In this document: in pieces, positions 1 through 12,900 of the stretch
Layout of the letters: the number at the start of each line of letters is the position of its first letter
Numbering within the stretch: the first letter of the stretch is position 1
Origin: Macrostomum lignano
Lineage: Eukaryota
Reading direction: 5' to 3'
NCBI GenBank assembly: GCA_002269645.1
Contig: NIVC01000633.1
Coordinates: forward strand, 186,001 to 250,000
Length of the DNA stretch: 64,000 nt
Program-made: the position numbers and the translations under genes
The notes under the pieces: generated by a model
Databases searched by the model: none
Seen by the model: only the letters and a program-made list of their open reading frames with translations
Told to the model about the DNA's origin: nothing

Positions 1-1
1 G

Positions 2-259
2 GCAAGCGGCGCTGCCGTCAACACCGCAGCTGCAGCAGCCGCCGCCGCTCACCACCACGGACTGCTGGGCACCAGCGCCAACGGCACTTCGCCGGGCTCA
101 GCCGCGGCGCTGGGCGGAGGCGGCGGGCAGCTGCCGAGGCCGCCCGACACGCCGCCGCCGCCCAGCCGCATCAGCGGCAGCAAGGCCCGCCGGCGCCGCT
201 TTAAACCGTCGCAGACGACCGCCAGCCAGGAGGCGCCCAGCACCTCCGCCACGGAGTGA
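2..259 (+). CDS. 3'-terminal coding exon (partial) of an unidentified gene; low-complexity Ala/Gly/Pro/His C-terminus ending ...KARRRRFKPSQTTASQEAPSTSATE*
   Basis: Open frame from 2 to TGA at 257-259 with GC3-rich codons like the other exons here; followed by AT-rich, 3'UTR-like sequence. No recognisable domain. Confidence 0.6.
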   Translation, partial: ASGAAVNTAAAAAAAAHHHGLLGTSANGTSPGSAAALGGGGGQLPRPPDTPPPPSRISGSKARRRRFKPSQTTASQEAPSTSATE

Positions 260-1679
260 GGCGGCCGGTGAAGAAGACGGTGATTGATGATGAAGCAGTT
301 AGCCTAGTCCCAGCTTCCCAGCTCAGCCACCTCCTGCTATATGCTAATATTAATATTTTATTTTGCCTCGCCGTGGGGGATGTCGGGGATTTGACACAAT
401 TTGTGCCTCGGTCTCGTCTTTCGTAATCCCAAAAAATTGCACCACCTGTTGAGCTGCTGACTCGGGCTGACCGCGAGCTTCTAGAAATGATAAAGGTAGA
501 AATGGTGAACTTGCTGGTACAGTTGCGTACCTGGATTAGGCTGGACAGCCTGACAGCAGCGGATGGGAGCTGATTCATTACTCTGTGGATTGCCATTCAC
601 CCCTACACATACTTGGATTTCGCTGTATTGATATCGAATTAACCCGCCTGTCTGTCTGAGTTCTCCGGCCACGCGAATGCTTCATTTTGGCTTATCCTAT
701 TCTATATATGCTACTATAGCTGTTACTAATCGCTATGCTATGATTATTTATTTATGCTGTCTGCCAGCCCGGCATGCACTGTACAGAGCAGCCTCATCAC
801 CGGCTGCTGGGCTGCTGGCACCCGGGCGCAGTCCGTGTAAGGAAAGCGAGTTGGTCGACAATCCAAGCATTAAGCGCTTTATTTGTTTTTATTTATTTGT
901 GTGTGCGAGAGCTCAGCCTCCGCTTTCAGGGCCAAGGCAAGCGCAGCAAAGCTTTGCAAGTCTGCTTTTGTCTGCTGCTTTTTTCATTTTCTATTCGAGC
1001 AAAGTCCCAAGGAATTTTATTATTATTACTATTAATATTATTACAAATTATTATTTTACACAAACTGCTTCTGTTCCACTTGCGCGGTCACCAAAATCTC
1101 CGTTTCAGGCAGCGGCGCCTCGCGACAATTTCCAAATAAAATGCCTTAAACTGCCTGCTTATAGTAGTGTCAGCAGTAGCAAGTGATTTGATTAATTTGA
1201 TTAATTCTATTTGATTAATTCTACACAATGTCAGCTCCTCGGACCTCTGAGCGATTTGATTGAATGACTGATTTTCGCACTTGCCGCCTGCGCACAAGTC
1301 CCTCCTGCTGTCTGTGATTGGCGCCGCCACAGCCCTTTGTGTATTTCTATCGCATCTTCATTTCCTGTGCTTTGATGCCCATTGCTAATATTATTATTAT
1401 TACTATGCATATTGCTAATGTAGCGCAAGTATTGCCTTCTGACAGGAGCGCAGCCGTGCATACCAGTTTTTATTGTGTTATTATTTTATTCATCATAATA
1501 TTACTATCATTATTATTAATATTGTTTTTAGCGCAGATTTTTTTGCTGCTAACTGAACCAACTTTATTCATGCCTTGGGTTTGTCCTGCGTGCGCGCTTG
1601 CGGCTGACTTGGAATGCCATCTTGCATCTCCCTGTTTCTCCTATGCAGACTCTCAGCTCAGCTCTAATCTCCACGACGC

Positions 1680-4145
1680 CCCCTCACCCCAAGCCCCAGT
1701 TGCTGCCGCACCCCAAGCGGAGCCCCCAGCCCAGCACCCCAAGCGGAGCCCACAGCCCAGCACCCCAAGCGGAGCCCACAGCCCAGCACCCCAAGCGGAG
1801 CCCACAGCCCAGCACCCCAATCGGAGCCCACAGCCCAGCACCCCAATCGGAGCCCACAGCCCAGCACCCCAAGCGGAGCCCACAGCCCAGCACCCCAAGC
1901 AAAGCCCACAGCCCAGCACTCCAAGCGGAGCCCACAGCCCAGCACCCCAAGCAAAGCCCACAGCCCAGCACCCCAAGCGGAGCCCACAGCCCAGCACCCC
2001 AAGCGGAGCCCACAGCCCAGCACCCCAAGCGGAGCCCACAGCCCAGCACCCCAAGCGGAGCCCACAGCCCAGCACCCCAATCGGAGCCCACAGCCCAGCA
2101 CCCCAATCGGAGCCCACAGCCCAGCACCCCAAGCGGAGCCCACAGCCCAGCACCCCAAGCAAAGCCCACAGCCCAGCACCCCAAGCGGAGCCCACAGCCC
2201 AGCACCCCAAGCAAAGCCCACAGCCCAGCACTCCAAGCGGAGCCCACAGCCCAGCACCCTAAGCAAAGCCCACAGCCCAGCACCCCAATCGGAGCCCACA
2301 GCCCAGCACCCCAAGCAAAGCCCACAGCCCAGCACTCCAAGCGGAGCCCCCAGCCCAGCACCCCAAGCAAAGCCCACAGCCCAGCACTCCAAGCGGAGCC
2401 CACAGCCCAGCACCCCAATCGGAGCCCACAGCCCAGCACCCCAAGCAAAGCCCACAGCCCAGCACTCCAAGCGGAGCCCCCAGCCCAGCACCCCAAGCAA
2501 AGCCCACAGCCCAGCACTCCAAGCGGAGCCCACAGCCCAGCACTCCAAGCGGAGCCCACAGCCCAGCACCCCAAGCAAAGCCCACAGCCCAGCACTCCAA
2601 GCGGAGCCCACAGCCCAGCACCCCAAGCAAAGCCCACAGCCCAGCACCCCAAGCAAAGCCCACAGCCCAGCACTCCAAGCGGAGCCCACAGCCCAGCACC
2701 CCAAGCGGAGCCCACAGCCCAGCACCCCAAGCGAAGCCCACAGCCCAGCACTCCAAGCGGAGCCCACAGCCCAGCACCCCAAGCGGAGCCCACAGCCCAG
2801 CACCCCAAGCAAAGCCCACAGCCCAGCACTCCAAGCGGAGCCCACAGCCCAGCACCCCAAGCAAAGCCCACAGCCCAGCACTCCAAGCGGAGCCCACAGC
2901 CCAGCACCCTAAGCAAAGCCCACAGCCCAGCACCCCAATCGGAGCCCACAGCCCAGCACCCCAAGCAAAGCCCACAGCCCAGCACTCCAAGCGGAGCCCC
3001 CAGCCCAGCACCCCAAGCAAAGCCCACAGCCCAGCACTCCAAGCGGAGCCCACAGCCCAGCACTCCAAGCGGAGCCCACAGCCCAGCACCCCAAGCAAAG
3101 CCCACAGCCCAGCACTCCAAGCGGAGCCCACAGCCCAGCACCCCAAGCAAAGCCCACAGCCCAGCACCCCAAGCAAAGCCCACAGCCCAGCACTCCAAGC
3201 GGAGCCCACAGCCCAGCACCCCAAGCAAAATCCACAGCCCAGCATGGCAGCACCCCAATCGGAGCCCACAGCCCAGCACCCCAAGCAAAGCCCACAGCCC
3301 AGCACCCCAATCGGAGCCCACAGCCCAGCACTCCAAGCGGAGCCCACAGCCCAGCACCCCAAGCAAAGCCCACAGCCCAGCACCCCAAGCAAAGCCCACA
3401 GCCCAGCACTCCAAGCGGAGCCCACAGCCCAGCACCCCAAGCAAAATCCACAGCCCAGCATGGCAGCACCCCAATCGGAGCCCACAGCCCAGCACCCCAA
3501 GCAAAGCCCACAGCCCAGCACCCCAAGCAAAGCCCACAGCCCAGCACTCCAAGCGGAGCCCACAGCCCAGCACCCCAAGCGGAGCCCACAGCCCAGCACC
3601 CCAATCGGAGCCCACAGCCCAGCACCCCAAGCGGAGCCCACAGCCCAGCACTCCAAGCGGAGCCAACAGCCCAGCACCCCAAGCAAAGCCCACAGCCCAG
3701 CACTTCAAGCGGAGCCCACAGCCCAGCACCCCAAGCGGAGCCCACAGCCCAGCACCCCAATCGGAGCCCACAGCCCAGCACCCCAAGCAAAGCCCACAGC
3801 CCAGCACTCCAAGCGGAGCCCCCAGCCCAGCACCCCAAGCAAAGCCCACAGCCCAGCACCCCAAGCAAAGCCCACAGCCCAGCACTCCAAGCGGAGCCCA
3901 CAGCCCAGCACCCCAAGCAAAATCCACAGCCCAGCATGGCAGCACCCCAATCGGAGCCCACAGCCCAGCACCCCAAGCAAAGCCCACAGCCCAGCACCCC
4001 AAGCAAAGCCCACAGCCCAGCACTCCAAGCGGAGCCCACAGCCCAGCACCCCAAGCGGAGCCCACAGCCCAGCACCCCAAGCGGAGCCCACAGCCCAGCA
4101 CCCCAAGCGGAGCCCACAGCCCAGCACCCCAAGCGAAACCCCAAG
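1680..4145. repeat. 26-bp minisatellite (CCCCAAGCGGAGCCCACAGCCCAGCA), ~95 copies
   Basis: Tandem periodicity read directly; recurring variants (aagcaaag, aatcggag, ctccaa). Confidence 0.97.
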
Positions 4146-4577
4146 TGGAGCCCCCCACCCGGTAGCCGCAGCAGCCGCTGGCCTCTTCATTCCCGCAGTG
4201 CAGCCGCAAGCTTTTTCCGCTCTTCAGTTTCTGTCGCAGCCGCATGCAAAACCCGCACGGATTCGCTTATTTGAGTTTTGTTCAACCTGCAGAGAGGCTT
4301 TTTGATTGCCGAGCAGACGAGTGTCGATAAACTACGGCTATTTATTGCTTGTTATTGCTACACTTATTTTATTGTGATGCTGCTACCGAGATTGAGAACT
4401 TTCATTTTTGCTTCAGTTTAGCAGACAACAGCGCAGCAGAGAATTCAGACCCAAACTGATCAAATAGAAGCCATCAGTGGCCGGTCGCGGGTTCGCGTCC
4501 CGGCGCTCTGCGGTTTCATAATCTTTATCGTGGACTTTTTGCGGCTTTTTGTTTTCAAAAGTGTTCGGCTGGCCTTC

Positions 4578-4595
4578 CTGTCTGTCTGTCTGTCC

Positions 4596-4633
<38 letters not shown>

Positions 4634-4910
4634 CTGTCTGTCCGTCTGTCTGTCTGTCTGTCTGTCTGTCCATCTTTTAGTGTGTGTGTGTGTGTCTGTC
4701 TGTCTGTCTGCCTGTCTGTCTGTCTGTCTGTTTGTCTGTGTGTCTGTCTGTCTGCCTGCCTGTCTATTTCTGTCTGCCTGCCTGTCTGTGTCTGTCTGTC
4801 CGTCTTAGTGTGTCTGTCTGTCTGTCTGTCTGTCTGTCTGGCTGTGTGTCTGTCTGCCTGCCTGTCTGTGTCTGTCTGTCCGTCTTAGTGTGTCTGTCTG
4901 TCTGGCTGTG

Positions 4911-4962
<52 letters not shown>
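4578..4962. repeat. (TCTG)n compound microsatellite
   Basis: Direct reading. Confidence 0.95.
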
Positions 4963-4967
4963 AATCA

Positions 4968-5280
4968 TGTCGCAGGCGGCAGGCTCTCATGGATTCGAGA
5001 CGTGACCCCAGGGCGCATGCATTCGGGGTTTGTGCACGAAAATTTGCTTGGCCTTGTTTTGCGAATCACACCTACAAGTTTACATGCCAGACGATTAGAA
5101 ACTCATGGCTGCTGTTCACCCTGTGTGAGCGCGCCTACGAGTGCATGCCTGCGTACAGTATTGGCGCCTTTGTGTGCTCAGAAGTGAGGAAATGGGCAGA
5201 ATTGGCGTCAGCGCCGGTTGCAACAGCACTGCATTGATAATGGAGTCCAAACAAGAAAAAAATTAAAGCAGTAAAAACTA
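4968..5280 (+). mobile_element. Diverged SINE-like copy related to the element at 27733-28101
   Basis: Shares the core CCTGTGTGAG...TGCCTGCGTAC (~5119-5157) with ~27942-27967 and ~36091-36116; ends in an A-rich tail at ~5247-5280. Confidence 0.45.
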
Positions 5281-5355
5281 AATTGATATGCCCTGCTGGC
5301 CAGTCTGTTTATATTGTTGGAGAGCAAAAACAAAATGCAGATGGATTAGAAATTA

Positions 5356-5660
5356 TTCATCCTGTGACTCATCCTGTGACTCATCCTGTGACTCATCCTG
5401 TGACTCATCCTGTGACTCATCCTGTGACTCATCCTGTGACTCATCCTGTGACTCATCCTGTGACTCATCCTGTGACTCATCCTGTGACTCATCCTGTGAC
5501 TCATCCTGTGACTCATCCTGTGACTCATCCTGTGACTCATCCTGTGACTCATCCTGTGACTCATCCTGTGACTCATCCTGTGACTCATCCTGTGACTCAT
5601 CCTGTGACTCATCCTGTGACTCATCCTGTGACTCATCCTGTGACTCATCCTGTGGCTCAT
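5356..5660. repeat. 12-bp perfect tandem repeat (CATCCTGTGACT), 24 identical units plus one variant
   Basis: Direct reading; each unit contains TGACTCA. Confidence 0.97.
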
Positions 5661-5847
5661 CAGTACATTGAGGCATGCAGCTACTCGGCATTTCATCTTG
5701 CTCATGTCGAATTTGACCGATCCGCAGCTGCCGCAGCCCAGCGACAAGTTCTGCACGGGAAAAAGGAATTCAAACTTTTCGAGGCAGTTGTTACTCGAAC
5801 CCGACATTCGACTGCTATTGGCCGACTGCCGTCAAGTTCGGTTTGAG

Positions 5848-6062
5848 TAGGGTAGGGTTTGGTTAGGGTAGGGTTTGGTTAGGGTAGGGTTTGGTTAGGG
5901 TAGGGTTTGGTTAGGGTAGGGTTTGTTTAGGGTAGGGTTTGGTTAGGGTAGGGTTTGGTTAGGGTAGGGTTTGGTTAGGGTAGGGTTTGGTTAGGGTAGG
6001 GTTTGGTTAGGGTAGGGTTTAGGTAGGGCTGGGGTTAGAGTGGAGTTTAGGTAGGGCTGGGT
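5848..6062. repeat. Telomere-like 16-bp repeat (TTAGGGTAGGGTTTGG), ~11 copies, degenerating at the 3' end
   Basis: Direct reading; each unit contains TTAGGG. Confidence 0.9.
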
Positions 6063-6254
6063 TGTCAGTCAGTATGGAGCAGTTAGTATGGGGCAGTCAG
6101 CATGGGGCATTGATTCGATTCGTTGCCAAGAGTAAAGAATTTTGTACAATGTAGAAAATTCCGAGCTTACAAATGCACGTATAGTGTAGTCTGATCCATT
6201 ATTTTTTCGCCAAGTACAAACGGAAAATTTTGTCGCAAACGGACATTTTATCTG

Positions 6255-6560
6255 CTCAGACGATTTTATCCGCCAATAAACAATTTTATCCGCCAATGGA
6301 CAATTTTATCCGCCAACCGACAATTTTATCCACCAATGGACAATTTTATCCGCCAATGGACAATTTTATCCACCAATGGACAATTTTATCCACCAATGGA
6401 CAATTTTTATCTACCAATGGACAATTTTATCCGCCAATGGTCAATTTTTATCTACCAATGTACAATTTTATCCGCCAATGGACAATTTTATCCGCCAATG
6501 GACAATTTTATCCGCCAATGGACAATTTTATCCGCCAATGGACAATTTTATCCGCCAACG
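6255..6560. repeat. 21-bp minisatellite (TTTATCCGCCAATGGACAATT)
   Basis: Direct reading. Confidence 0.93.
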
Positions 6561-6927
6561 GATATAATTAAAAGAATCTACGAAGGTAATTCGTAGAAAG
6601 CTACACGAAAGCTAACAGGTAAAACTTGTGTCCGATTATTGCTACGCACTAATCAGTGACGTCATCGGAAGAGTTTATTTTCGGTGCATTGGAGGGCAAA
6701 TTTGACGGAGAAGAATTGGCTGTCTCAGTTGCTGATTTAAATCTGGATTTTCGACTTTGCTACTGATAGTAGTTGGAGAGCGTCTGCGGTTATCGAAGGC
6801 ATTCAGAGTATTTGCGTTGAAAATAAAAAGCGCATTCAATATTCCGAGTGGCATTTAAAAATCTATAAAAGTACAAGCTGTCAGTAATTAAGGCCAGTAA
6901 TTAGCTGGGGTTCAGCGCGTCTCATCT

Positions 6928-9900
6928 TCACTGGCAGATTTTCCACTTGCCGCCGACTTTTACGCAGGCGCCGCCAGCGTTCGGGCAGCGAATGCCGAGC
7001 CGGGTGCACGGGTTGTCGGATGGCGCGGCGCAGCTGCCGCCGGAGCGCTTGAAGCCGGGCAGGCAGGCGCAGGTCTTGGCGCCCCAGACGCCTTCGCAGG
7101 ACTCGGTGGCCTTGTTGCAGCTGCAGGCCGGCGCCGGGTCCTTGCAGTCCGCGGCCGCCTTCACTCCGCTGGACGAGTACGTCACCTTCACGGACGTCGG
7201 GCTGTCGTCCATGGTCGAGTCGGCCGAGCTGGTGGGCATGTACACGTCCGACACGCGAAGGCCGGTGATGCAGCCTGGGGGGGGGGGCGATGGGACAGAT
7301 GAGCTGCAGTTTTGAGCACCGAAAGGATCCGGAACTGGAGGATGGGGAACTGGAGGATGGGGAACTGGAGGATGGGGAACTGGAGGATGGGGAACTGGAG
7401 GATAAGGAACTGGAGGATGGGGAACTGGAGGATGGGGAACTGGAGGATGGGGAACTGGAGGATGGGGAACTGGAGGATAAGGAACTGGAGGATAAGGAAC
7501 TGGAGGATGGGGAACTGGAGGATAAGGAACTGGAGGATGGGGAACTGGAGGATGGGGAACTGGAGGATAAGGAACTGGAGGATGGGGAACTGGAGGATGG
7601 GGAACTGGAGGATAAGGAACTGGAGGATGGGGAACTGGAGGATGGGGAACTGGAGGATGGGGAACTGGAGGATGGGGAACTGGAGGATGGGGAACTGGAG
7701 GATAAGAAACTGGAGGATGGGGAACTGGAGGATGGGGAACTGGAGGATGGGGAACTGGAGGATGGGGAACTGGAGGATGGGGAACTGGAGGATGGGGAAC
7801 TGGAGGATGGGGAACTGGAGGATGGGGAATTCGAGGATGGGGAACTGGAGGATGGGGAACTGGAGGATGGGGAACTGGAGGATGGGGAACTGGAGGATGG
7901 GGAACTGGAGGATGGGGAACTGGAGGATGGGGAAGAGGAGGATGGGGAACTGGAGGATGGGGAACTGGAGGATGGGGAATTCGAGGATGGGGAACTGGAG
8001 GATGGGGAACTGGAGGATGGGGAACTGGAGGATGGGGAACTGGAGGATGGGGAACTGGAGGATGGGGAATTCGAGGATGGGGAACTGGAGGATAAGAAAC
8101 TGGAGGATGGGGAACTGGAGGATGGGGAACTGGAGGATGGGGAACTGGAGGATGGGGAACTGGAGGATGGGGAACTGGAGGATGGGGAACTGGAGGATGG
8201 GGAACTGGAGGATGGGGAACTGGAGGATGGGGAACTGGAGGATGGGGAACTGGAGGATGGGGAAGAGGAGGATGGGGAACTGGAGGATGGGGAACTGGAG
8301 GATGGGGAATTCGAGGATGGGGAACTGGAGGATAGGGAACTGGAGGATGGGGAACTGGAGGATGGGGAACTGGAGGATGGGGAACTGGAGGATGGGGAAC
8401 TGGAGGATGGGGAAGAGGAGGATGGGGAACTGGAGGATGGGGAACTGGAGGATGGGGAATTCGAGGATGGGGAACTGGAGGATGGGGAACTGGAGGATGG
8501 GGAACTGGAGGATGGGGAAGAGGAGGATGGGGAACTGGAGGATGGGGAACTGGAGGATGGGGAAGAGGAGGATGGGGAACTGGAGGATGGGGAACTGGAG
8601 GATGGGGAATTCGAGGATGGGGAACTGGAGGATGGGGAACTGGAGGATGGGGAACTGGAGGATGGGGAAGAGGAGGATGGGGAACTGGAGGATGGGGAAC
8701 TGGAGGATGGGGAAGAGGAGGATGGGGAACTGGAGGATGGGGAACTGGAGGATGGGGAATTCGAGGATGGGGAACTGGAGGATGGGGAACTGGAGGATGG
8801 GGAACTGGAGGATGGGGAACTGGAGGATGGGGAACTGGAGGATGGGGAATTCGAGGATAGGGAACTGGAGGATGGGGAACTGGAGGATAGGGAACTGGAG
8901 GATGGGGAACTGGAGGATAGGGAACTGGAGGATGGGGAACTGGAGGATGGGGAACTGGAGGATGGGGAACTGGAGGATGGGGAACTGGAGGATGGGGAAC
9001 TGGAGGATGGGGAACTGGAGGATGGGGAACTGGAGGATGGGGAACTGGAGGATGGGGAACTGGAGGATGGGGAACTGGAGGATGGGGAACTGGAGGATGG
9101 GGAACTGGAGGATGTGGAATTGGGGGATGTGGAACTGGAGGATGGGGAACTGGAGGATGTGGAACTAGATGATGTGGAACTAAAGTTGGAAACTCGACAA
9201 GGAATTCGAGGATGGGGGATTTGAGGTTGGGGAACTGGAGGTTGGGGAAAAAGAGGATGGGGATTTTTGAGGATGGGGAATTTGAGGATGGGGAACTGGA
9301 GGTTGGGGAAATAGAGGATGGGGAACTGGAGAGTGTGGGAATTTGAGGATGGTGAATTTGAGGATGGGGAACTGGAGGTTGGGGAAATAGAGGATGGGGA
9401 ACTGGAGACTGTGGGAATTTGAGGATGGTGAATTTGAGGATGGGGAACTGGAGGTTGGGGAAATAGAGGATGGGGAACTGGAGAGTTTAAGAATTTGAGG
9501 ATGGGGAATTTGAGGATAGGGAATTTGAGGATGGGGAATTTGAGGATGGGGAACTGGAGAGTGTGGGAATTCGAGGATGGGGAATTCGAGGATGGGGAAT
9601 TCGAGGATGGGGAATTCGAGGATGCAGCTCTATTAAAATTAGATCAAGTTCGCAAGTACAGTTGGCCATGATTCAGCGACAAGCCTGCCAGGTGCTACTA
9701 AAAGACAAAGCCCTGGGGCGGGCCAAGCCACTCACTGCTGGGCAGATTCATGCTGACTTTGAAGGAGTTCACGAGAATCTCCTTGGGGAGCAGGTGCACC
9801 TGTGAGTATTCATCCACTGCAAGGAAGAGCTGCGACTTGGCCGTGGACACCAGGACCTCGTGCCAGTGGCCGTCGCTGACCACTTTGGGGATGAAGGGCC

Positions 9901-12900
9901 GGCAGCTCGAGTCGATGCAGAACTGCAGGGTCTCAGACTCCAGCTGCAGTTTGAGCGATTAACTTATTGCAGTGTGTGATATGTAGGGTGGGATATGCAG
10001 TGTGGGATATGCAGTGTGGGATATGCAGTGTGGGATATGCAGTGTGGGATATGCAGTGTGGGATATGCAGTGTGGGATATGCAGTGTGGGATATGCAGTG
10101 TGGGATATGCAGTGTGGGATATGCAGTGTGGGATATGCAGTGTGTGATATGCAGGTTGGGGTATGCAGTGTGGGATATGCAGTGTGGGATATGCAGTGTG
10201 TGATATGCAGTGTGGGATATGCAGTGTGGGATATGCAGGTTGGGATATGTAGTGTGGGATATGCAGTGTGGGATATGCAGTGTGGGATATGCAGTGTGGG
10301 ATATGCAGTGTGGGATATGCAGTGTAGGAAAACTATGATGTAGCAGTCTTGCCTTCAGCTCGAATCGGGTGGCTTCTGAGCCAGTGCTTTCAATCGTCAG
10401 CAGCTGAGTGGCGGTGGCAACTCTGGTGCGGAACCGGAGTCGCAGGCCCAGCGGCGAAGCGCTCCGCAGGGGGATGTTGGAGCCGCTGCTCAGCGTCCAG
10501 CTGATGCCGCTGTCGCTGGCGGCCGTGTTCAGGATAAGCAGCTCTGAGGGTGGCGGTGCGGCAGGCGGCTGGAAACTGGCACAAACAGTGGCATCAGGGG
10601 CACAAACGGGAACCAGAGACACCAGGGACATCAGGGACACCAAAGACACCAGGGAAATCAGGGACACCAGAGACATCAGGGACACCAGAAACATCAGGGA
10701 CACCAGAAACACCAGGGACATCAGGGACACCAGAGATACCAGGGACATCAGGGACACCATAGACACCAGGGACATATGGGACATCAGAGACATCAGGGAC
10801 ACCAGGGACACCAGGGACACCAGGGACACCAGAGACACCAGGGACATCAGGGATATCAATCAGCAGGGCTCCTGCTCACCCTTGCTGCAGGAGGCGGCGC
10901 ACATTGCGGGGTCGGTGATTTTCTCATTAGTCATCCTGGTCTGGCCGGAGCACCGGCACTGGCACAGATCCTTGCGGACGACCCCGAGGAAGCCGTAGCA
11001 CACGGACTTGTCGCCGCACAGGTAGCCGGTCTCCGAGCCGCCGCAAGAGGCGTCCTGCTGGCTGCATTTCTCGGAAGTTTTCGCAATCGGGCCCTTGTGG
11101 CCGTCCACCTTCAGGTCAACCAGCCGGTTGTTGAGCCGCACGTTGCGGAAGCAGCCATTAAAGGAGCCGCCGAGTAAGACAGTGGTGCTGCTGAGAGCGA
11201 AGTCACCGGACAAGGTGCTCTCGGCCGTCTGCTGGATGCACTCGGAGCCCGGCTCCACCGTGCAGAACACCGTGACAGTCTGGCAGCACCGGGGGAATTG
11301 ATCCGGTGTATCCAATTATAGCTGATTTATTTATTTTAACAGGGCCCAGCTCGAGAGTGCCCAACTCGAGATAGATAGGAGTGTCCAACTCGAGATAGAT
11401 AGGAGTGTCCAACTCGAGATAGATAGGAGTGTCCAACTCGAGATAGATAGGAGTGCCCAACTCGAGATAGATAGGAGTGCCCAACTCGAGATAGATAGGA
11501 GTGCCCAACTCGAGATGGATAGGAGTGCCCAACTCGAGATGGATAGGAGTGCCCAACTCGAGATGGATAGGAGTGCCCAACTCGAGATAGATAGGAGTGC
11601 CCAACTCGAGATGGATAGGAGTGCCCAACTCGAGATAGATAGGAGTGCCCAACTCGAGATAGATAGGAGTGCCCAACTCGAGATAGATAGGAGTGCCCAA
11701 CTCGAGATAGATAGGAGTGCCCAACTCGAGATGGATAGGAGTGCCCAACTCGAGATAGATAGGAGTGCCCAACTCGAGATGGATAGGAGTGCCCAACTCG
11801 AGATAGATAGGAGTGCCCAACTCGAGATAGATAGGAGTGCCCAACTCGAGATAGATAGGAGTGCCCAACTCGAGATAGATAGGAGTGCCCAACTCGAGAT
11901 AGATAGGAGTGCCCAACTTCCTAGCAGCAAGAGATTCTCCACAAAGAAACCCGGTGGAACTCACGGTGAGTTTGCTGCCGCTCAGCTTGGCCACAATGGT
12001 GACATCCATCCAGAGCCCCTGCTGCACGAATCTGTTGGAGTGCAGCGCGGTCTGGGTGAACTCGGGCTCCATGCTAGGCACGGTGGCGGTGGTGTACAGC
12101 GGTTCGGGCACTCGGCCTAGCTGGACATTGACCAGATCTTTGGACTTGGACACCAGAGTGACAATGGTACACAGGTTCCCGTCCGGATTCATGCACCTGC
12201 CGGCGAACTTGAATTTCAGCGTCAGCATGTCCGGCCGGCCGGCTCTGTTCGGCACCAGGTGATGGGTTGTGATGGCGTCGCTGCCGGTGCCGCCGTTGTA
12301 GCCGCGGGTCAGCAGCTCGCAGTTGGGTCCGCGGACCTCGTTCTTGACTTCGGAGGAGGAGCACTCGCAGCTGCGGGACAGCGGGAGGGGCGCAGGCTCG
12401 GAGCTCCTGAATTTGCCTCCCGAATCCTTTGGTTTCTTGGAATTCGCACAGCCCGAATTCAATTCAGAAACTGTCTCCACAAAACGATTTTAAGGAATAA
12501 ACGCTAAAAATTCGATGTCTTAGAATCCACCCCTCAAATTCAATTTCTTAGAATCCACCCCTCAAACTCTATTTCTTAGAATCCACATCTCAAATTCGAT
12601 TTCTTAGAATCCACCCCTCAAACTCTATTTCTTAGAATCCACATCTCAAATTCGATTTCTTAGAATCCACCCCTCAAACTCTATTTCTTAGAATCCACCC
12701 CTCAAACTCTATTTCTTAGAATCCAAATCTCAAATTCGATTTCTTAGAATCCACATCTCAAATTCGATTTCTTAGAATCCACATCTCAAATTCTATTTCT
12801 TAGAATCCACATCTCAAATTCGATTTCTTAGAATCCACATATCAAATTCTATTTCTTAGAATCCACATCTCAAATTCGATTTCTTAGAATCCACATCTCA

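Noticed and set aside
1598-4305. Long ORFs on both strands (855, 853, 475 aa etc.) resembling mucin or Pro-rich proteins
   Set aside because: Pure translations of a 26-bp minisatellite that lacks stops in several frames; no unique coding flanks or splice context.
5690-5830. Cys-containing minus-strand ORF as a further exon of the LamG/EGF gene
   Set aside because: No acceptor in the needed phase yields an EGF continuation or a TM segment.
5283-5846. (HPVT)n, (SSCD)n, (MSHR)n and (QDES)n ORFs
   Set aside because: 12-bp perfect repeat open in most frames; no evidence of coding function.
5848-6062. True chromosome end
   Set aside because: Not pure (TTAGGG)n, only ~200 bp, and flanked by genes on both sides.
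7290-9224. 644-aa (EDGEL)n acidic ORF and 618-aa (MGNWR)n ORF
   Set aside because: 15-bp satellite lying antisense inside intron 8 of the LamG/EGF gene; a period divisible by 3 explains the open frames.
11345-11918. Regular 24-bp repeats, and other arrays such as 29790-30238 and 59712-60140, as possible CRISPR arrays
   Set aside because: Units are head-to-tail with no unique spacers, there are no cas genes, and the context is eukaryotic intronic DNA.
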